This document shows positions 28,098 through 37,951 of a stretch of DNA of 64,000 nucleotides, piece by piece; positions within the stretch are counted from its first letter, which is position 1; every line of letters starts with the position of its first letter. Under the pieces are notes generated by a model. That model had not been told where the DNA came from and did not search any database. It saw only the letters and a list, made by a program, of their open reading frames with translations. Origin of the DNA: a virus; the IMG/VR virus record IMGVR_UViG_3300029875_000005, positions 1-64,000 of that record; one strand, 5' to 3'. Made by a program: the position numbers and the translations under genes.

Positions 28098-28589
28098 ATG
28101 GAAGTACAGATAACGATAGAAATGGAGAAGGTGATGAGTGAGGTGAGCAAACACTTCGCTCTCATCGGAAAACGCCTGAAAGATAAGAACGGCGATACGA
28201 TGTTTGTCAAGACCACCCTATCTTCGGAAGAGAAAGGTATCATGAAGCAGTATATCAACGCTGCGGCAGAAACATTTGTAGCAGAGCTGGCACCACAAGT
28301 AACCTATTACAAGAACGGAGACGCAATGGTGATTAAGTTCAAAAACAGCAGATGGGCAGACGGAGAAGACGGTATTACCGTTCCATTTGAAGGCAACTTC
28401 ATGGGGTATGTGATAGCCTATGTATCGAATGCGGTATTGGGAATGACCGAGGAAGAGCTGGCACAGAAGTATGCTGCGGACATGGCGAACCATATAGCAG
28501 CGGCCATCAAGCTGATTTATCACAAGACTCCACCGGCAAGCAGCAACAAGAGTCTGGCAGACATGACAGGCGAAATAATCATTGACTAA
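28098..28589 (+). CDS. hypothetical head-module protein
   Basis: 163-aa ORF, tightly packed after the portal-like gene. Confidence 0.6.
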   Translation: MEVQITIEMEKVMSEVSKHFALIGKRLKDKNGDTMFVKTTLSSEEKGIMKQYINAAAETFVAELAPQVTYYKNGDAMVIKFKNSRWADGEDGITVPFEGNFMGYVIAYVSNAVLGMTEEELAQKYAADMANHIAAAIKLIYHKTPPASSNKSLADMTGEIIID

Positions 28590-28602
28590 AAAAGGAGAAG
28601 CT

Positions 28603-29400
28603 ATGATCATAAAATTTCAAATTATCAAATCGGTAGTAATGGAGGCAGTAAAGTCGACAACCTACCTGAAAGCAAAGATAGATACTGCAGCAGACGAAAA
28701 AGCAGCGAAAGTAAGCTTTAACGAGGCTGCCGGCGATGATGAGGTTCACGAAAGAACGCTGACCCACGACTTTGATACAGCCCTGGAAGTATTGAAGACC
28801 ATCTTCGTAGACTACCTTGTGCCAACGCCTCAGACTATTGGCGACAACGCCATCTACTATGGAAGTGAAACGGATGATATAGTGGAGTTCACTCTATCAG
28901 TATCAAGACGTTATAACGGAACGCTGACCGACGCACTGGCTAGGTTATCGGCAAGATACGTGGAGGACTACATGATATACCAGTGGTGGCTGAAAACAAC
29001 AAACCTGAAACAAGCGGAGCCATACCAAGCTACACTTGCATCAGATGAGATAGCCATCAGAAAGTGTTTCGTGATGAGTGGTCCGGTGGTCCCTACCGTT
29101 CCTTATCCAACCGAGCTGACCGCAAAGGTGAATGGTGAGGGCGTGGAAGGTGAGATAACTCTAGAGAAGGGAGAGGAAGCTACCCTATCCTACTCGCTCA
29201 ATGCTGGAGCAATTGATGATATTGAGGCAAGAAGCGAAGACCCAAGTATCATAGAGATACACCGATGCATGGATAGGCGAGCCTTTACTCTAGTTCCGGT
29301 AAATACCGGTTTCTGCAAGGTGAAGCTATGGTCAAGACATAGCGACAAACTGGAGTTCACTTGCGATGCCATCGTAACTGAGGAGGAAGGAGTTTTGTAA
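28603..29400 (+). CDS. structural protein with C-terminal bacterial Ig-like (Big_2-type) domain
   Basis: Start set at the ATG at 28603, which follows AAGGAG. The C-terminus TAKVNGEGVEGEITLEKGEEATLSYSLNAGAIDDIEARSEDPSIIEIH...FCKVKLWS resembles Big_2. Confidence 0.6.
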   Translation: MIIKFQIIKSVVMEAVKSTTYLKAKIDTAADEKAAKVSFNEAAGDDEVHERTLTHDFDTALEVLKTIFVDYLVPTPQTIGDNAIYYGSETDDIVEFTLSVSRRYNGTLTDALARLSARYVEDYMIYQWWLKTTNLKQAEPYQATLASDEIAIRKCFVMSGPVVPTVPYPTELTAKVNGEGVEGEITLEKGEEATLSYSLNAGAIDDIEARSEDPSIIEIHRCMDRRAFTLVPVNTGFCKVKLWSRHSDKLEFTCDAIVTEEEGVL

Positions 29401-29423
29401 TATTGAATATAAAATATCAAGAT

Positions 29424-30041
29424 ATGAGCTATCCGGAGTTTAATAAATTACACCCGACACATTTTATCAGAGAGAGAGGATGGAAGCCCGAGCCAAATCC
29501 TTTCTTGCCGAAGCCACGAAGAGCAGGGCACGGCTATTGGGATAAACACATCTTTATCTATGCCACACAACTCTGGTATGATATAGATTCAAATACCAAC
29601 ATGGTAGGACGAGCAAGACGGAACATGAAGGACGCGCAAGGCGAAGATATTCCGACAAGCGAGAACGATCAGGAACGCCCGCTCTTCTACCGATGGTTTG
29701 ACAAGTATATTAATAAGGTGGAAGCGAATCTGTCTGCCTATGTAATGAAACCAGAAGGAAGGGTTAGAGATAATGCCCTGAGAGAATGGGATGAGAAGGA
29801 GATATGGCTGAAATTTCCCGACTACTGGGATGATACCAAATATGATGCACTCGTCAAGCTGATACACGACTATATCGTGACAGGTGCGCTATACGAATAC
29901 TTTATGCGCACATTGACGAGCAAGGACCCTCTAACGATAGACCAGTTGAACCAACTGGACGAACTGGAGATAGACATCATAGACTGCGCCAACTCAACCA
30001 AACCGGGCAGCATGATTCACACGTTGAAACCCTTCGGATAA
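29424..30041 (+). CDS. hypothetical protein
   Basis: The ORF track starts at a TTG at 29403. The first ATG (MSYPEF) is at 29424. Confidence 0.55.
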   Translation: MSYPEFNKLHPTHFIRERGWKPEPNPFLPKPRRAGHGYWDKHIFIYATQLWYDIDSNTNMVGRARRNMKDAQGEDIPTSENDQERPLFYRWFDKYINKVEANLSAYVMKPEGRVRDNALREWDEKEIWLKFPDYWDDTKYDALVKLIHDYIVTGALYEYFMRTLTSKDPLTIDQLNQLDELEIDIIDCANSTKPGSMIHTLKPFG

Positions 30042-30056
30042 TAAAAAAGCGAGCGT

Positions 30057-30470
30057 ATGGAAGATTTTGAAATGTATGGATTTAAGTCTGTAAGGGAGAT
30101 ACAGAAAGAGAAGAAGGAGAAGGTAAAGAAAATTCTCCCTGCAAGAAAGAGTGCCCAAAAGGAATATATACGTGACTGGCTGGCAAGGAGCCAAGAGCAG
30201 TTTGAGGATTGTATGAACCAACTGGCAGAGTATGATCCTAAGACATACGTCACCATCTACAAAGACCTTACCAAGCACATGATACCAAAGCAAACAGAAG
30301 TAAGCGTTACTCACGGTATAGATGCAGACTTCAAGCAGCTTATGGCACTCGGTATGACAACCGTAGAGGACGAAGACGAGGCAGACGTACTGGATATAAG
30401 CAAAGCACCCGAGATACAGGATGCAGATTTTGAGGAACTAAACGATTTGACGGATGGCTCTAGTAACTGA
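30057..30470 (+). CDS. possible small terminase subunit
   Basis: 137 aa with a basic N-terminus and an acidic C-terminus. It overlaps the TerL start by 17 nt. The assignment is by position only. Confidence 0.35.
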   Translation: MEDFEMYGFKSVREIQKEKKEKVKKILPARKSAQKEYIRDWLARSQEQFEDCMNQLAEYDPKTYVTIYKDLTKHMIPKQTEVSVTHGIDADFKQLMALGMTTVEDEDEADVLDISKAPEIQDADFEELNDLTDGSSN

Positions 30471-32571
30471 ACAGGAAATAGATAATCTCGTAGCGGAAAA
30501 TCAGGAGCGATACGATGAGATTTATGGCACCTACGACCCTATGACAGGCGAAGGGTGCTATAACTTTGAGCATCGTGTGAAGATAGAACTATCCGATTTC
30601 TTCATTCCTAAGATGTGGGTTCCGAAGAAGACCGCCAAATCTGTTCTGTTTAGAGGTCTGAGAAAGATGGGCAGCCTGAAAGACTACATCAACTACGTGC
30701 TGCACCAGAAGGATGATGCCCAGCATTTCCAAATGCTTACCTTTGCCATCTGTAGAGTGAGGTTCATGGAAGACCCCGAGTTTGCCCTATACGTGACCGA
30801 TAAAATTGAGGATAAGAAGACCGGTAAGATGATTCCTTTCAAGCTGAATTATCCTCAAAGAAAACTACTGAAGATTATGGAGGACCTGCGGAATGCCCAC
30901 AAACCAGTGTTCGTGGTTATTCTGAAGGCACGTCAGTGGGGCGGCTCTACCCTATCACAGCTTTACATCAAATGGATTCAAGACTACAGGCGCGATGGTT
31001 GGAATGCTATTGTGCTTGCCCAGCAGAAGAATACCGCCAAGAAGATTAAGGCGATGTACCGAAAAGCTTTGGAGCGGCAGCCGGGGTGGACCGTGGGGCA
31101 TCCGGGCGCAAAACTCCAGTTCTCTCCATACGAAAATTCTCCCGACGATTTTCAGGTAACGGATGGTGTGAAGGCTATCAGACGAAGTACGCTGACGGTA
31201 GCATCCTTCGAGAACTTCGATTCGGTGCGTGGTAGCAACTTCCACTGTGCTCACTATTCGGAGGTGGCCTATTGGAAGAAGACGCCAGAGCATGATCCTG
31301 AGGGTGTGATTTCTTCTATATCCGGTGGTATTGACCCATTGGAAGACAACGTGGAGATATTCGAGAGTACCGGTAGAGGTAATTCCGGTTTCTTCTATGA
31401 CAAGTGCCAGTTGGCAATGGACCCAAAGAATAATGATGCTTATTCGTTCCTCTTTATTCCTTGTTTCTTCATCGAAAAGGATATGACTCCTGTAGAGAAC
31501 AGAAGAGCATTTGCCAAGTGGCTTTTGCAGAACAGAGACCGAAGTACCTGTCCGAAGGGCTATCGTGAGACTGGCAAGTTCTTCTGGCGAATGTGGCAGA
31601 AGGGTGCTTGCTTTGAGGCAATAGAATGGTACAGAAACTACAGAAACAAGTTTACCACCCATGCGGCATGTGCTACCGAGGCTCCTATTGATGAGGAAGA
31701 TGCGTTCAGAAACTCTGGTAGACTGGTATTCAATCCTTATTCTATAGACGACATGCAGGCTTTGTATAAGCAAGATCCTAAGTTTACTGCCGACATCGTG
31801 GTGAACATCAGCGTGAAGGATGATAACACCATTCCGAACTCGAAGGTGAAGCTGAGAGACGATGGCGAGGGAGACTTGAAGATTTGGGCTGTGCCAAACT
31901 GTCTGCAAGTGGAGAACAGATATTTGGTGAGCGTGGATATTGGCGGTAAGAGTACGACATCGGACTATACCGTTATGACCGTGATAGACCGATTCGGTAT
32001 GATTCCTACGGTGAAGGGCAAGCCAAAGGTGGTAGCGAGATACAGAGGACATGTTAGACATGATAAGCTGGCATGGATGGCTGCTGCCCTAGCTCATTAT
32101 TATGATGATGCGCTTCTGGTGATAGAGAGTAATACTGCCGACCGAGAGAAGAACAACAACACGGAGGGTGATCACTTCCTGACTATTCTGCAGGAGATTG
32201 CCGACTACTACGATAATCTGTATCAGAGAACGAGCAGTTCGGAGAATGTGGAAGACAATGTACTGGCGAAATATGGTTTCCAAACCAACAAGCTGACGAA
32301 GCAGCAGGTGATTGATAACTTGGAAGAGTTTATTGATGATAATCTGTATGAGGAGCCAGACAAGGAAATGTATCATGAGTTGCGCATCTATGAGCGACAT
32401 GATGATGGCAGCTTGGGTAACATCGTGGGTAACGGAAACCATGATGATGTGGTAATGAGTACCGGCATCGGTCTCTTTGTGAGTCTTACGGACATGGAGA
32501 AGCCTAGCTGGAAGAAAGCGGAAAGAAGAAGCCGCGGTGGCGATGGTGTTCATACGGCGGCGAAAATTTAA
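30454..32571 (+). CDS. terL: terminase large subunit
   Basis: Walker A-like VVILKARQWGGSTLSQ. RNaseH-like nuclease motifs VSVDIGGKSTTSDYTV, LLVIESN and GNHDDVVMS. 705 aa. Confidence 0.85.
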   Translation: MALVTEQEIDNLVAENQERYDEIYGTYDPMTGEGCYNFEHRVKIELSDFFIPKMWVPKKTAKSVLFRGLRKMGSLKDYINYVLHQKDDAQHFQMLTFAICRVRFMEDPEFALYVTDKIEDKKTGKMIPFKLNYPQRKLLKIMEDLRNAHKPVFVVILKARQWGGSTLSQLYIKWIQDYRRDGWNAIVLAQQKNTAKKIKAMYRKALERQPGWTVGHPGAKLQFSPYENSPDDFQVTDGVKAIRRSTLTVASFENFDSVRGSNFHCAHYSEVAYWKKTPEHDPEGVISSISGGIDPLEDNVEIFESTGRGNSGFFYDKCQLAMDPKNNDAYSFLFIPCFFIEKDMTPVENRRAFAKWLLQNRDRSTCPKGYRETGKFFWRMWQKGACFEAIEWYRNYRNKFTTHAACATEAPIDEEDAFRNSGRLVFNPYSIDDMQALYKQDPKFTADIVVNISVKDDNTIPNSKVKLRDDGEGDLKIWAVPNCLQVENRYLVSVDIGGKSTTSDYTVMTVIDRFGMIPTVKGKPKVVARYRGHVRHDKLAWMAAALAHYYDDALLVIESNTADREKNNNTEGDHFLTILQEIADYYDNLYQRTSSSENVEDNVLAKYGFQTNKLTKQQVIDNLEEFIDDNLYEEPDKEMYHELRIYERHDDGSLGNIVGNGNHDDVVMSTGIGLFVSLTDMEKPSWKKAERRSRGGDGVHTAAKI

Positions 32572-32595
32572 GTCAATGTTAAATGTTGAATTATT

Positions 32596-35361
32596 ATGGA
32601 AAGAAACTTAGAAAGACAAACTTTGAGCTTTAGCAAGGGCATGACGAATGTGCCTAGCGACTTGCTTTCAGATGATTCTGAACTGCTGGAGAGTGACGGA
32701 TTTATCTTTAAGGATGGAGAAATGAAGGCGGTACAGAAGGGGGTGGAAATTACAGGTGGCGTTCCTCTTGAAGGAAAGCTGGTTTATGTTCACAAACTGG
32801 CTGACTACAGGAACCTTATAACATATATCGAAAATGGAACAAAGCTAAAATGCTATATTAACTTCAAAGATAATCAAAGCACGGATAGGAAGACGCAAAC
32901 GATAGGACTAGGTTCAAAGCTGCTCGATATTAAGCACGTAGGAAATACTTTAGTCTGTGCTACAGAAGAAGGTATGCATTATATTCTGTATAAAGGAAAT
33001 GTATATAAGGACTTAGGTAAGGAACTACCCATACCAGATATTAGTTTTACCTTTACAAACGAAGAAGAAAAAACAGAACTGGAGAAGGACAGAACAGTAT
33101 GCAGAATGCGAACATTTGTAAGCGAAGTGAAAACAGAGGGTTATGGATATTTGTGTTATGACGAAAGCGGAAATTTCACAGGTGTAAAGGATTCGCATGA
33201 CGGAGCAGCAAAATACACTCTTGATTATCATCATATTATGAATGAGTCTGACACCGAGAAATATACTAATTTTCAAAATGCAGTTAAAGGGCACGCTGCA
33301 GAAGCCATCGAATATACAAAGAATAAAAATCTCTTTGCATTTCCCTTCTTTATTCGTACTGCATTGAGAATGTTTGACGGAACAACGTTTGCCAGAATTT
33401 CGAACCCAATCGTATGCTATCCTTCAACACATAAGAACTGCAAGTTTGGACCCTGTATTTATGATTCTGACAAAAAGACCTGGGTAGTGACAGCGAACAA
33501 AATTGCCACGGGTAGTGATACTTCCTGGCAATATATGCTCATATTGAATTATTCTCACCTCAATTTTAAGATAGACTTTCCCAATAAAGATGATTGGAAG
33601 GATATAATCAAAGAGGTCGTGGTGTTTGCATCTGACGATGTTATTCCATTTGAGATAGATTCTGACTGGTCTTTCAAAACCGTAAGTGAACTAAACGGAA
33701 AGACTTATTATGATTACGTAACAGCAGATCATTATTCTGCGAAAAAAATAACATTCAATTGGCATACCTACCAAGCAAGAGAGCTGATAGAACCTGTTTA
33801 TAAGACAGAGCGCAAGATAATAGACGAACTCCTAGGAAAGACACAGTTTTTCAAGTTGTTCTCGTTAGAACTTAATTCGGAATATCTTGATAACATCTGG
33901 CATGACGCTTCTGCTTATGACGAAACGGTTTCTGATGTAAGAATCATGCCGGAAGGAAGACTATCAAACTTGAAAGAACAGGAGCAGTTAAAGGTGGACG
34001 ATTATTACGGATGGACCAATCTGACATCTTCAAAACTGTTCAGTTATAACAACAGAATAAATCTGATAGGAGTAAAAAGATACCCATTTAAAGGCTTCAC
34101 CATATTCAGAGCTGGTTACACAAGCCCAACAAATGCTTATGGGTTTGTGAAATACTATGTGCATATAGTTTCACAAACTATGGACACTTGGGTATTGTCT
34201 AACGCTCTGCTGATAGATAAGGACTACCAGCCTTATAACGACTGGTACTTTTATCCTGATCCAAATGCAAAGGAGATGCTTATCATGGTAAATAAGTACC
34301 AAGAGGGTAAAACATACTACTACAACATCAATCTGCAAATGCATCCTATGTTAAACGGAAGTTATAGTTTTGCCGCTTTGCCTCCAACTTTACTGGCTAC
34401 AGGTAAGGACGTAGCAAACAAACAGATAGGAGGATTTGAAGATTTGAACTCTAACATATATACCTCAGTAGTCAATAACCCATTTGTATTTGAGGCATCG
34501 GGAGATAATACGGTTGGAACCGGAAAGATACTCGGAATTATTGCCAACACAGAGGCTGTAAGCCAAGGTCAGTTTGGTCAATATCCATTGATGGTATTTA
34601 CGGACGAAGGTATCTACGGCTTGTCGGTTAACTCAGAAGGACTCTATAGTAGAGCCTATCCAATATCAAGAGAGGTATGTAATGAGGATTCGCCACTGGT
34701 GCCGACGGACAGGCTTGTGTTCTTTGCTTCAAAGAAAGGACTGATGGCGGCAAGCGGTGGAAGCGTAGCCTGTATGAGCGAGCAGATGAGGGGAAGAGTA
34801 CCAAGGAACTTTGCAACCTTCGGTGAAGGCAAGTTCCTGGATTTTCTGAAAGGATGCCTTATCGCCTACGATTACAGAGACTCCATATTGAGAATATTCA
34901 GCAAGGGAAAATCATACCAATACATATATAATATGGTGGATAAGACCTTCTCAATGGTGAATAGCGGAATAGAGGCACAGGCGGTAGTGAATGATTATCC
35001 GGATAATCTGATACAGGATACTAACGGAAACGTTTATTCGCTTACAGGAAAACCAGACATTAACAAAGATACGGAAAGCTATAGCGGATCATTTACGACC
35101 AGACCTTTGAAGCTGGGCGGCAGCATGACGTTAAAATCGCTGAGAGCGGTGAAGCATCTGTTTGATTCGGACGAAGGTACGATTGGGCTGGAGATATACG
35201 GAAGCAACGACTGCAAGCACTGGTGCAAGCTGCCAAGCTTGGCAGGTAAGCCTTGGAAGTACTTTACTTTTAAATATACGCTGCAGAACTTTAAGGCTGC
35301 TGATTCCTTTGCTGGAAGTATAGTAGAGGTACAAAGCAGACGAGAAGACAAAATGAGATAA
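32596..35361 (+). CDS. large virion-module protein of unknown function
   Basis: 921-aa ORF directly after TerL. Beta-rich composition with no recognisable motif. Confidence 0.7.
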   Translation: MERNLERQTLSFSKGMTNVPSDLLSDDSELLESDGFIFKDGEMKAVQKGVEITGGVPLEGKLVYVHKLADYRNLITYIENGTKLKCYINFKDNQSTDRKTQTIGLGSKLLDIKHVGNTLVCATEEGMHYILYKGNVYKDLGKELPIPDISFTFTNEEEKTELEKDRTVCRMRTFVSEVKTEGYGYLCYDESGNFTGVKDSHDGAAKYTLDYHHIMNESDTEKYTNFQNAVKGHAAEAIEYTKNKNLFAFPFFIRTALRMFDGTTFARISNPIVCYPSTHKNCKFGPCIYDSDKKTWVVTANKIATGSDTSWQYMLILNYSHLNFKIDFPNKDDWKDIIKEVVVFASDDVIPFEIDSDWSFKTVSELNGKTYYDYVTADHYSAKKITFNWHTYQARELIEPVYKTERKIIDELLGKTQFFKLFSLELNSEYLDNIWHDASAYDETVSDVRIMPEGRLSNLKEQEQLKVDDYYGWTNLTSSKLFSYNNRINLIGVKRYPFKGFTIFRAGYTSPTNAYGFVKYYVHIVSQTMDTWVLSNALLIDKDYQPYNDWYFYPDPNAKEMLIMVNKYQEGKTYYYNINLQMHPMLNGSYSFAALPPTLLATGKDVANKQIGGFEDLNSNIYTSVVNNPFVFEASGDNTVGTGKILGIIANTEAVSQGQFGQYPLMVFTDEGIYGLSVNSEGLYSRAYPISREVCNEDSPLVPTDRLVFFASKKGLMAASGGSVACMSEQMRGRVPRNFATFGEGKFLDFLKGCLIAYDYRDSILRIFSKGKSYQYIYNMVDKTFSMVNSGIEAQAVVNDYPDNLIQDTNGNVYSLTGKPDINKDTESYSGSFTTRPLKLGGSMTLKSLRAVKHLFDSDEGTIGLEIYGSNDCKHWCKLPSLAGKPWKYFTFKYTLQNFKAADSFAGSIVEVQSRREDKMR

Positions 35362-35395
35362 TTCTTTCATACGCGCTAATTTATGATCACATGAA

Positions 35396-35428
35396 AAAGG
35401 CGGCTGCTCATCACGAGTGGTCGCCTTT
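35396..35428. terminator. bidirectional intrinsic terminator
   Basis: GGCGGCTGCTC-ATCAC-GAGTGGTCGCC forms an 11-bp stem including G-U pairs, flanked by AAAAA and TTTAAAA. It lies between convergent genes. Confidence 0.65.
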
Positions 35429-35479
35429 AAAATGAGTTATGAAAAACATTTCGAAAAAATGATTCTCTTTATATGTGTG

Positions 35480-35962
35480 TTATCTGTTTTTGATATTATT
35501 TATGCAATATGCTACGATGTAGCCTAATACGAAGCAGTAAAGATGGAGAAGTCCGTTGACATTCGGCACGGCCATGGTGCAAATAATGAACGGCATCGCT
35601 TTCTTTAATGCCTCTTTCCATCGTCCTGTCCTACCCCACATCAAACCGAATGAAGCAAATAGGAAACCGGAAAGCCCCATTGTAGGCTGACTAACATACA
35701 TGGGCAGCAGACTAGCGACAGAGGCAACAGCCAGAGAAGTGACTGGTTTCATATCGTTCTTTATCTGCCAAAGCACCAGAAGGTTTACGGCAAGATGAAA
35801 GCCGTTGACATGGAAGAAGCTATACAGGATATGATTCTGCCAAGGGCAACCGGGATAGAAACCTATGTGCCAAGTACACAGAACGAGGCAGATGATGCTA
35901 AGCACCAGCTTTGTTCGAAAGTTTCTTCTTACGAAGGTCCATTTCTCTGTAATTTTTTCCAT
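35480..35962 (-). CDS. minimal rhomboid-family intramembrane serine protease
   Basis: Start set at MEKITEKW (ATG at 35962). Motifs: FFHVNGFHLAVNLL (H-x4-H-x3-N, TM2), TMGLSGFLFASFG (GxSG catalytic Ser, TM4), GLLHLYCFVLGYI (catalytic His, TM6). About six hydrophobic helices in 160 aa. Confidence 0.8.
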   Translation of the reverse strand: MEKITEKWTFVRRNFRTKLVLSIICLVLCTWHIGFYPGCPWQNHILYSFFHVNGFHLAVNLLVLWQIKNDMKPVTSLAVASVASLLPMYVSQPTMGLSGFLFASFGLMWGRTGRWKEALKKAMPFIICTMAVPNVNGLLHLYCFVLGYIVAYCINNIKNR

Positions 35963-36353
35963 ACTTCTTATAGTAAGCGAAAATAAACTTGAGATTACTT
36001 GGCTGGATAAAGAACTCTGGTGCAGGCTCAGAAACAAGGAACTGGCAGATAAACCATAAAGATTTGCCCACGAACTCCTTTCGCTGCGTCATTTCGTTCA
36101 TCCTATTGAACAGCGTATAGTACAACTTCTGCCGAATCGGCTTCATGCTATCCACCTTTGAGAAATCGCCGACTGCCATTCTGCGGAGTATATCCCAAGC
36201 TCTTTTGGGAGAAACATAGTATCTCGGAGCAGGAGAATGAACCACCTTTTCCCAAGCCTCCTGTTGGGAATGGCAATTAGGAGCTATCTCCCGATACGCC
36301 TTCATCAGATCATCCCTCTGTCTGTCAATCAATTCGTAATTTGCTCTTGCCAT
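35898..36353 (-). CDS. hypothetical protein co-transcribed with the rhomboid
   Basis: 151-aa ORF overlapping the rhomboid start by 65 nt. Preceded by a TATATTTG promoter box. Confidence 0.6.
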   Translation of the reverse strand: MARANYELIDRQRDDLMKAYREIAPNCHSQQEAWEKVVHSPAPRYYVSPKRAWDILRRMAVGDFSKVDSMKPIRQKLYYTLFNRMNEMTQRKEFVGKSLWFICQFLVSEPAPEFFIQPSNLKFIFAYYKKYGKNYREMDLRKKKLSNKAGA

Positions 36354-36376
36354 ATAAATGCTGCATTAAGATGCTG

Positions 36377-36384
36377 CAAATATA
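36377..36384 (-). promoter_or_regulatory. Bacteroidota -7 box TATATTTG
   Basis: Matches TAnnTTTG on the - strand, 24 nt upstream of the ATG at 36353. Confidence 0.55.
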
Positions 36385-36476
36385 CATATTATTTAGAATA
36401 TGACCAAATAAGAGCATAAAGATTTAAATAAGTTTAATATTAGACTGGTTTTCATGGTGTTACGAAAGAAAAAGTT

Positions 36477-36484
36477 TAATTTTG
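36477..36484 (+). promoter_or_regulatory. Bacteroidota -7 box TAATTTTG
   Basis: Matches TAnnTTTG upstream of the + strand genes that start at 36526/36556. Confidence 0.5.
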
Positions 36485-36555
36485 CAACGAAATAACATAT
36501 ATATACTAAGAACTGTTAGTAAAAAGTGAAATTAAACCATAAATTCGTAACAAAA

Positions 36556-36726
36556 ATGAGAACAAAACAGGAATCGCCTCTCTCGGAAGAGGAGGAAGCC
36601 TTAGTTATGGAAGGCTTATTGAGTAGGAAGATTTGGAGGTTCTATGAACTTCTATCAAAGTGGGCACCCATCCCATTGATGCTAGGTCACTGGTACGCCG
36701 TATGGGACTATGGACATTATCCCTAG
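36556..36726 (+). CDS. hypothetical small protein
   Basis: ATG at 36556 (MRTKQESP). The ORF track uses a GTG at 36526. Confidence 0.4.
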   Translation: MRTKQESPLSEEEEALVMEGLLSRKIWRFYELLSKWAPIPLMLGHWYAVWDYGHYP

Positions 36727-37042
36727 ACCAACAATATTAGATACCGATTTCAACGGGAACTGCATCATCTGGATTTATGTACTGGCATACATTTATATGC
36801 CACTGACCATGATACCGGTAAGTTTCTTCTTCAGATACTGCTGGATTTTCCGTATTCCGTTCTTCTATTTTTTCGGTATCAACGCAATCAGATTGTATCA
36901 TCAGCACTGGCTCATCACTCCCGAGCAGTTGGAGATGCACCATGTGTTTATCATATTCACTTTAATGCTTTACGCTTATGGATTTATCAAAATCGCTCTA
37001 TCGAATAGCAGAATCTGCCTTCGGGATGCTAAGAAACGATGA
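36710..37042 (+). CDS. hypothetical multi-pass membrane protein
   Basis: 110 aa, very hydrophobic (IIWIYVLAYIYMPLTMIPVSFFF, FIIFTLMLYAYGFIKIAL). Confidence 0.5.
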   Translation: MDIIPRPTILDTDFNGNCIIWIYVLAYIYMPLTMIPVSFFFRYCWIFRIPFFYFFGINAIRLYHQHWLITPEQLEMHHVFIIFTLMLYAYGFIKIALSNSRICLRDAKKR

Positions 37043-37439
37043 GTGCGGGTTTACAGAGGAAGAAGAGAGGATTGTGCAGAGGAATCTGCTGTACTGGATG
37101 GAAAGGAAGCATCACTTTGACGAACAACTGGGCAGAGCCTGTATCGCCAACATCTATTATTTTGATGATGATGTTCACAAAAAGTATGCGCCTTACTTCG
37201 GGTTTGATGAGTTGAAGGATGATTATGACCGGCTATCTTGGAACATACCGGACTACAACTTCTGGGATTTTGCGGTAACGATGAATAAGATGTATGCTGA
37301 CCATATAGACGTGGTGGGCAAATGGTCGAAGAACAAAGACACCACAAGAAAAAGGATCTCGGAACTGGCTATCAGTTTCCTCTGTGACGAATCGACAAAC
37401 CACCCGACGGATAAAATCTGGTGGTATATGAATAGCTAA
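37026..37439 (+). CDS. hypothetical protein
   Basis: The ORF runs 36978..37439. The internal ATG at 37026 avoids most of the overlap with the preceding gene. Confidence 0.55.
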   Translation: MLRNDECGFTEEEERIVQRNLLYWMERKHHFDEQLGRACIANIYYFDDDVHKKYAPYFGFDELKDDYDRLSWNIPDYNFWDFAVTMNKMYADHIDVVGKWSKNKDTTRKRISELAISFLCDESTNHPTDKIWWYMNS

Positions 37440-37473
37440 GTTGGAACACGGCAAAAGCTATTGAAAAGCCTTT

Positions 37474-37481
37474 TATCTTTG
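37474..37481 (+). promoter_or_regulatory. Bacteroidota -7 box TATCTTTG upstream of lysis cassette
   Basis: Matches TAnnTTTG, 27 nt upstream of the holin ATG. Confidence 0.55.
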
Positions 37482-37507
37482 TAGCCATTAATCATAAATA
37501 ATGATAT

Positions 37508-37951
37508 ATGGCAGAGATAGTACATACATTTTTACAAGAGCACCTGTACAGATCGGCATTGGTTATTGTCATCTGCATGGGTGCTCTTATCATTTCTATG
37601 GGCGTGGACCTGTTCTTCGGCATCAATAAAGCGAAAGAGAACGGACTGGCTACGACAAGTACAGGATTCAAGAAGACTTGCGACAAGGCGAGGAAATACT
37701 TCTCTCCCTTCATGGTGACGGTCTGTATAGACCTGATAGCATGCACGGTTCTCCCCTTCCCTGTCTTCTCTATGATTTGGGCAGGATATTGCGTGTTCTG
37801 TGAATTTGTAAGCGTAAGAGAGAAGAGCTGGCAGAAGGCTGAGATACGGAAGCAGGAGAAGACAGTAAGCATTCTTCTGGAGAACAAAGAAGACTTGGCT
37901 AGGGCTTTTGCTGAGATTATGAAGGAGCAGGGAAAGGAGGAGAAGAAATGA
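37508..37951 (+). CDS. holin (three predicted TM helices, charged C-terminus)
   Basis: TM segments SALVIVICMGALIISMGVDLFFG, FMVTVCIDLIACTVL and FPVFSMIWAGYCVFCEFV, with a K/E-rich tail. The stop overlaps the endolysin start (ATGA). Confidence 0.75.
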   Translation: MAEIVHTFLQEHLYRSALVIVICMGALIISMGVDLFFGINKAKENGLATTSTGFKKTCDKARKYFSPFMVTVCIDLIACTVLPFPVFSMIWAGYCVFCEFVSVREKSWQKAEIRKQEKTVSILLENKEDLARAFAEIMKEQGKEEKK

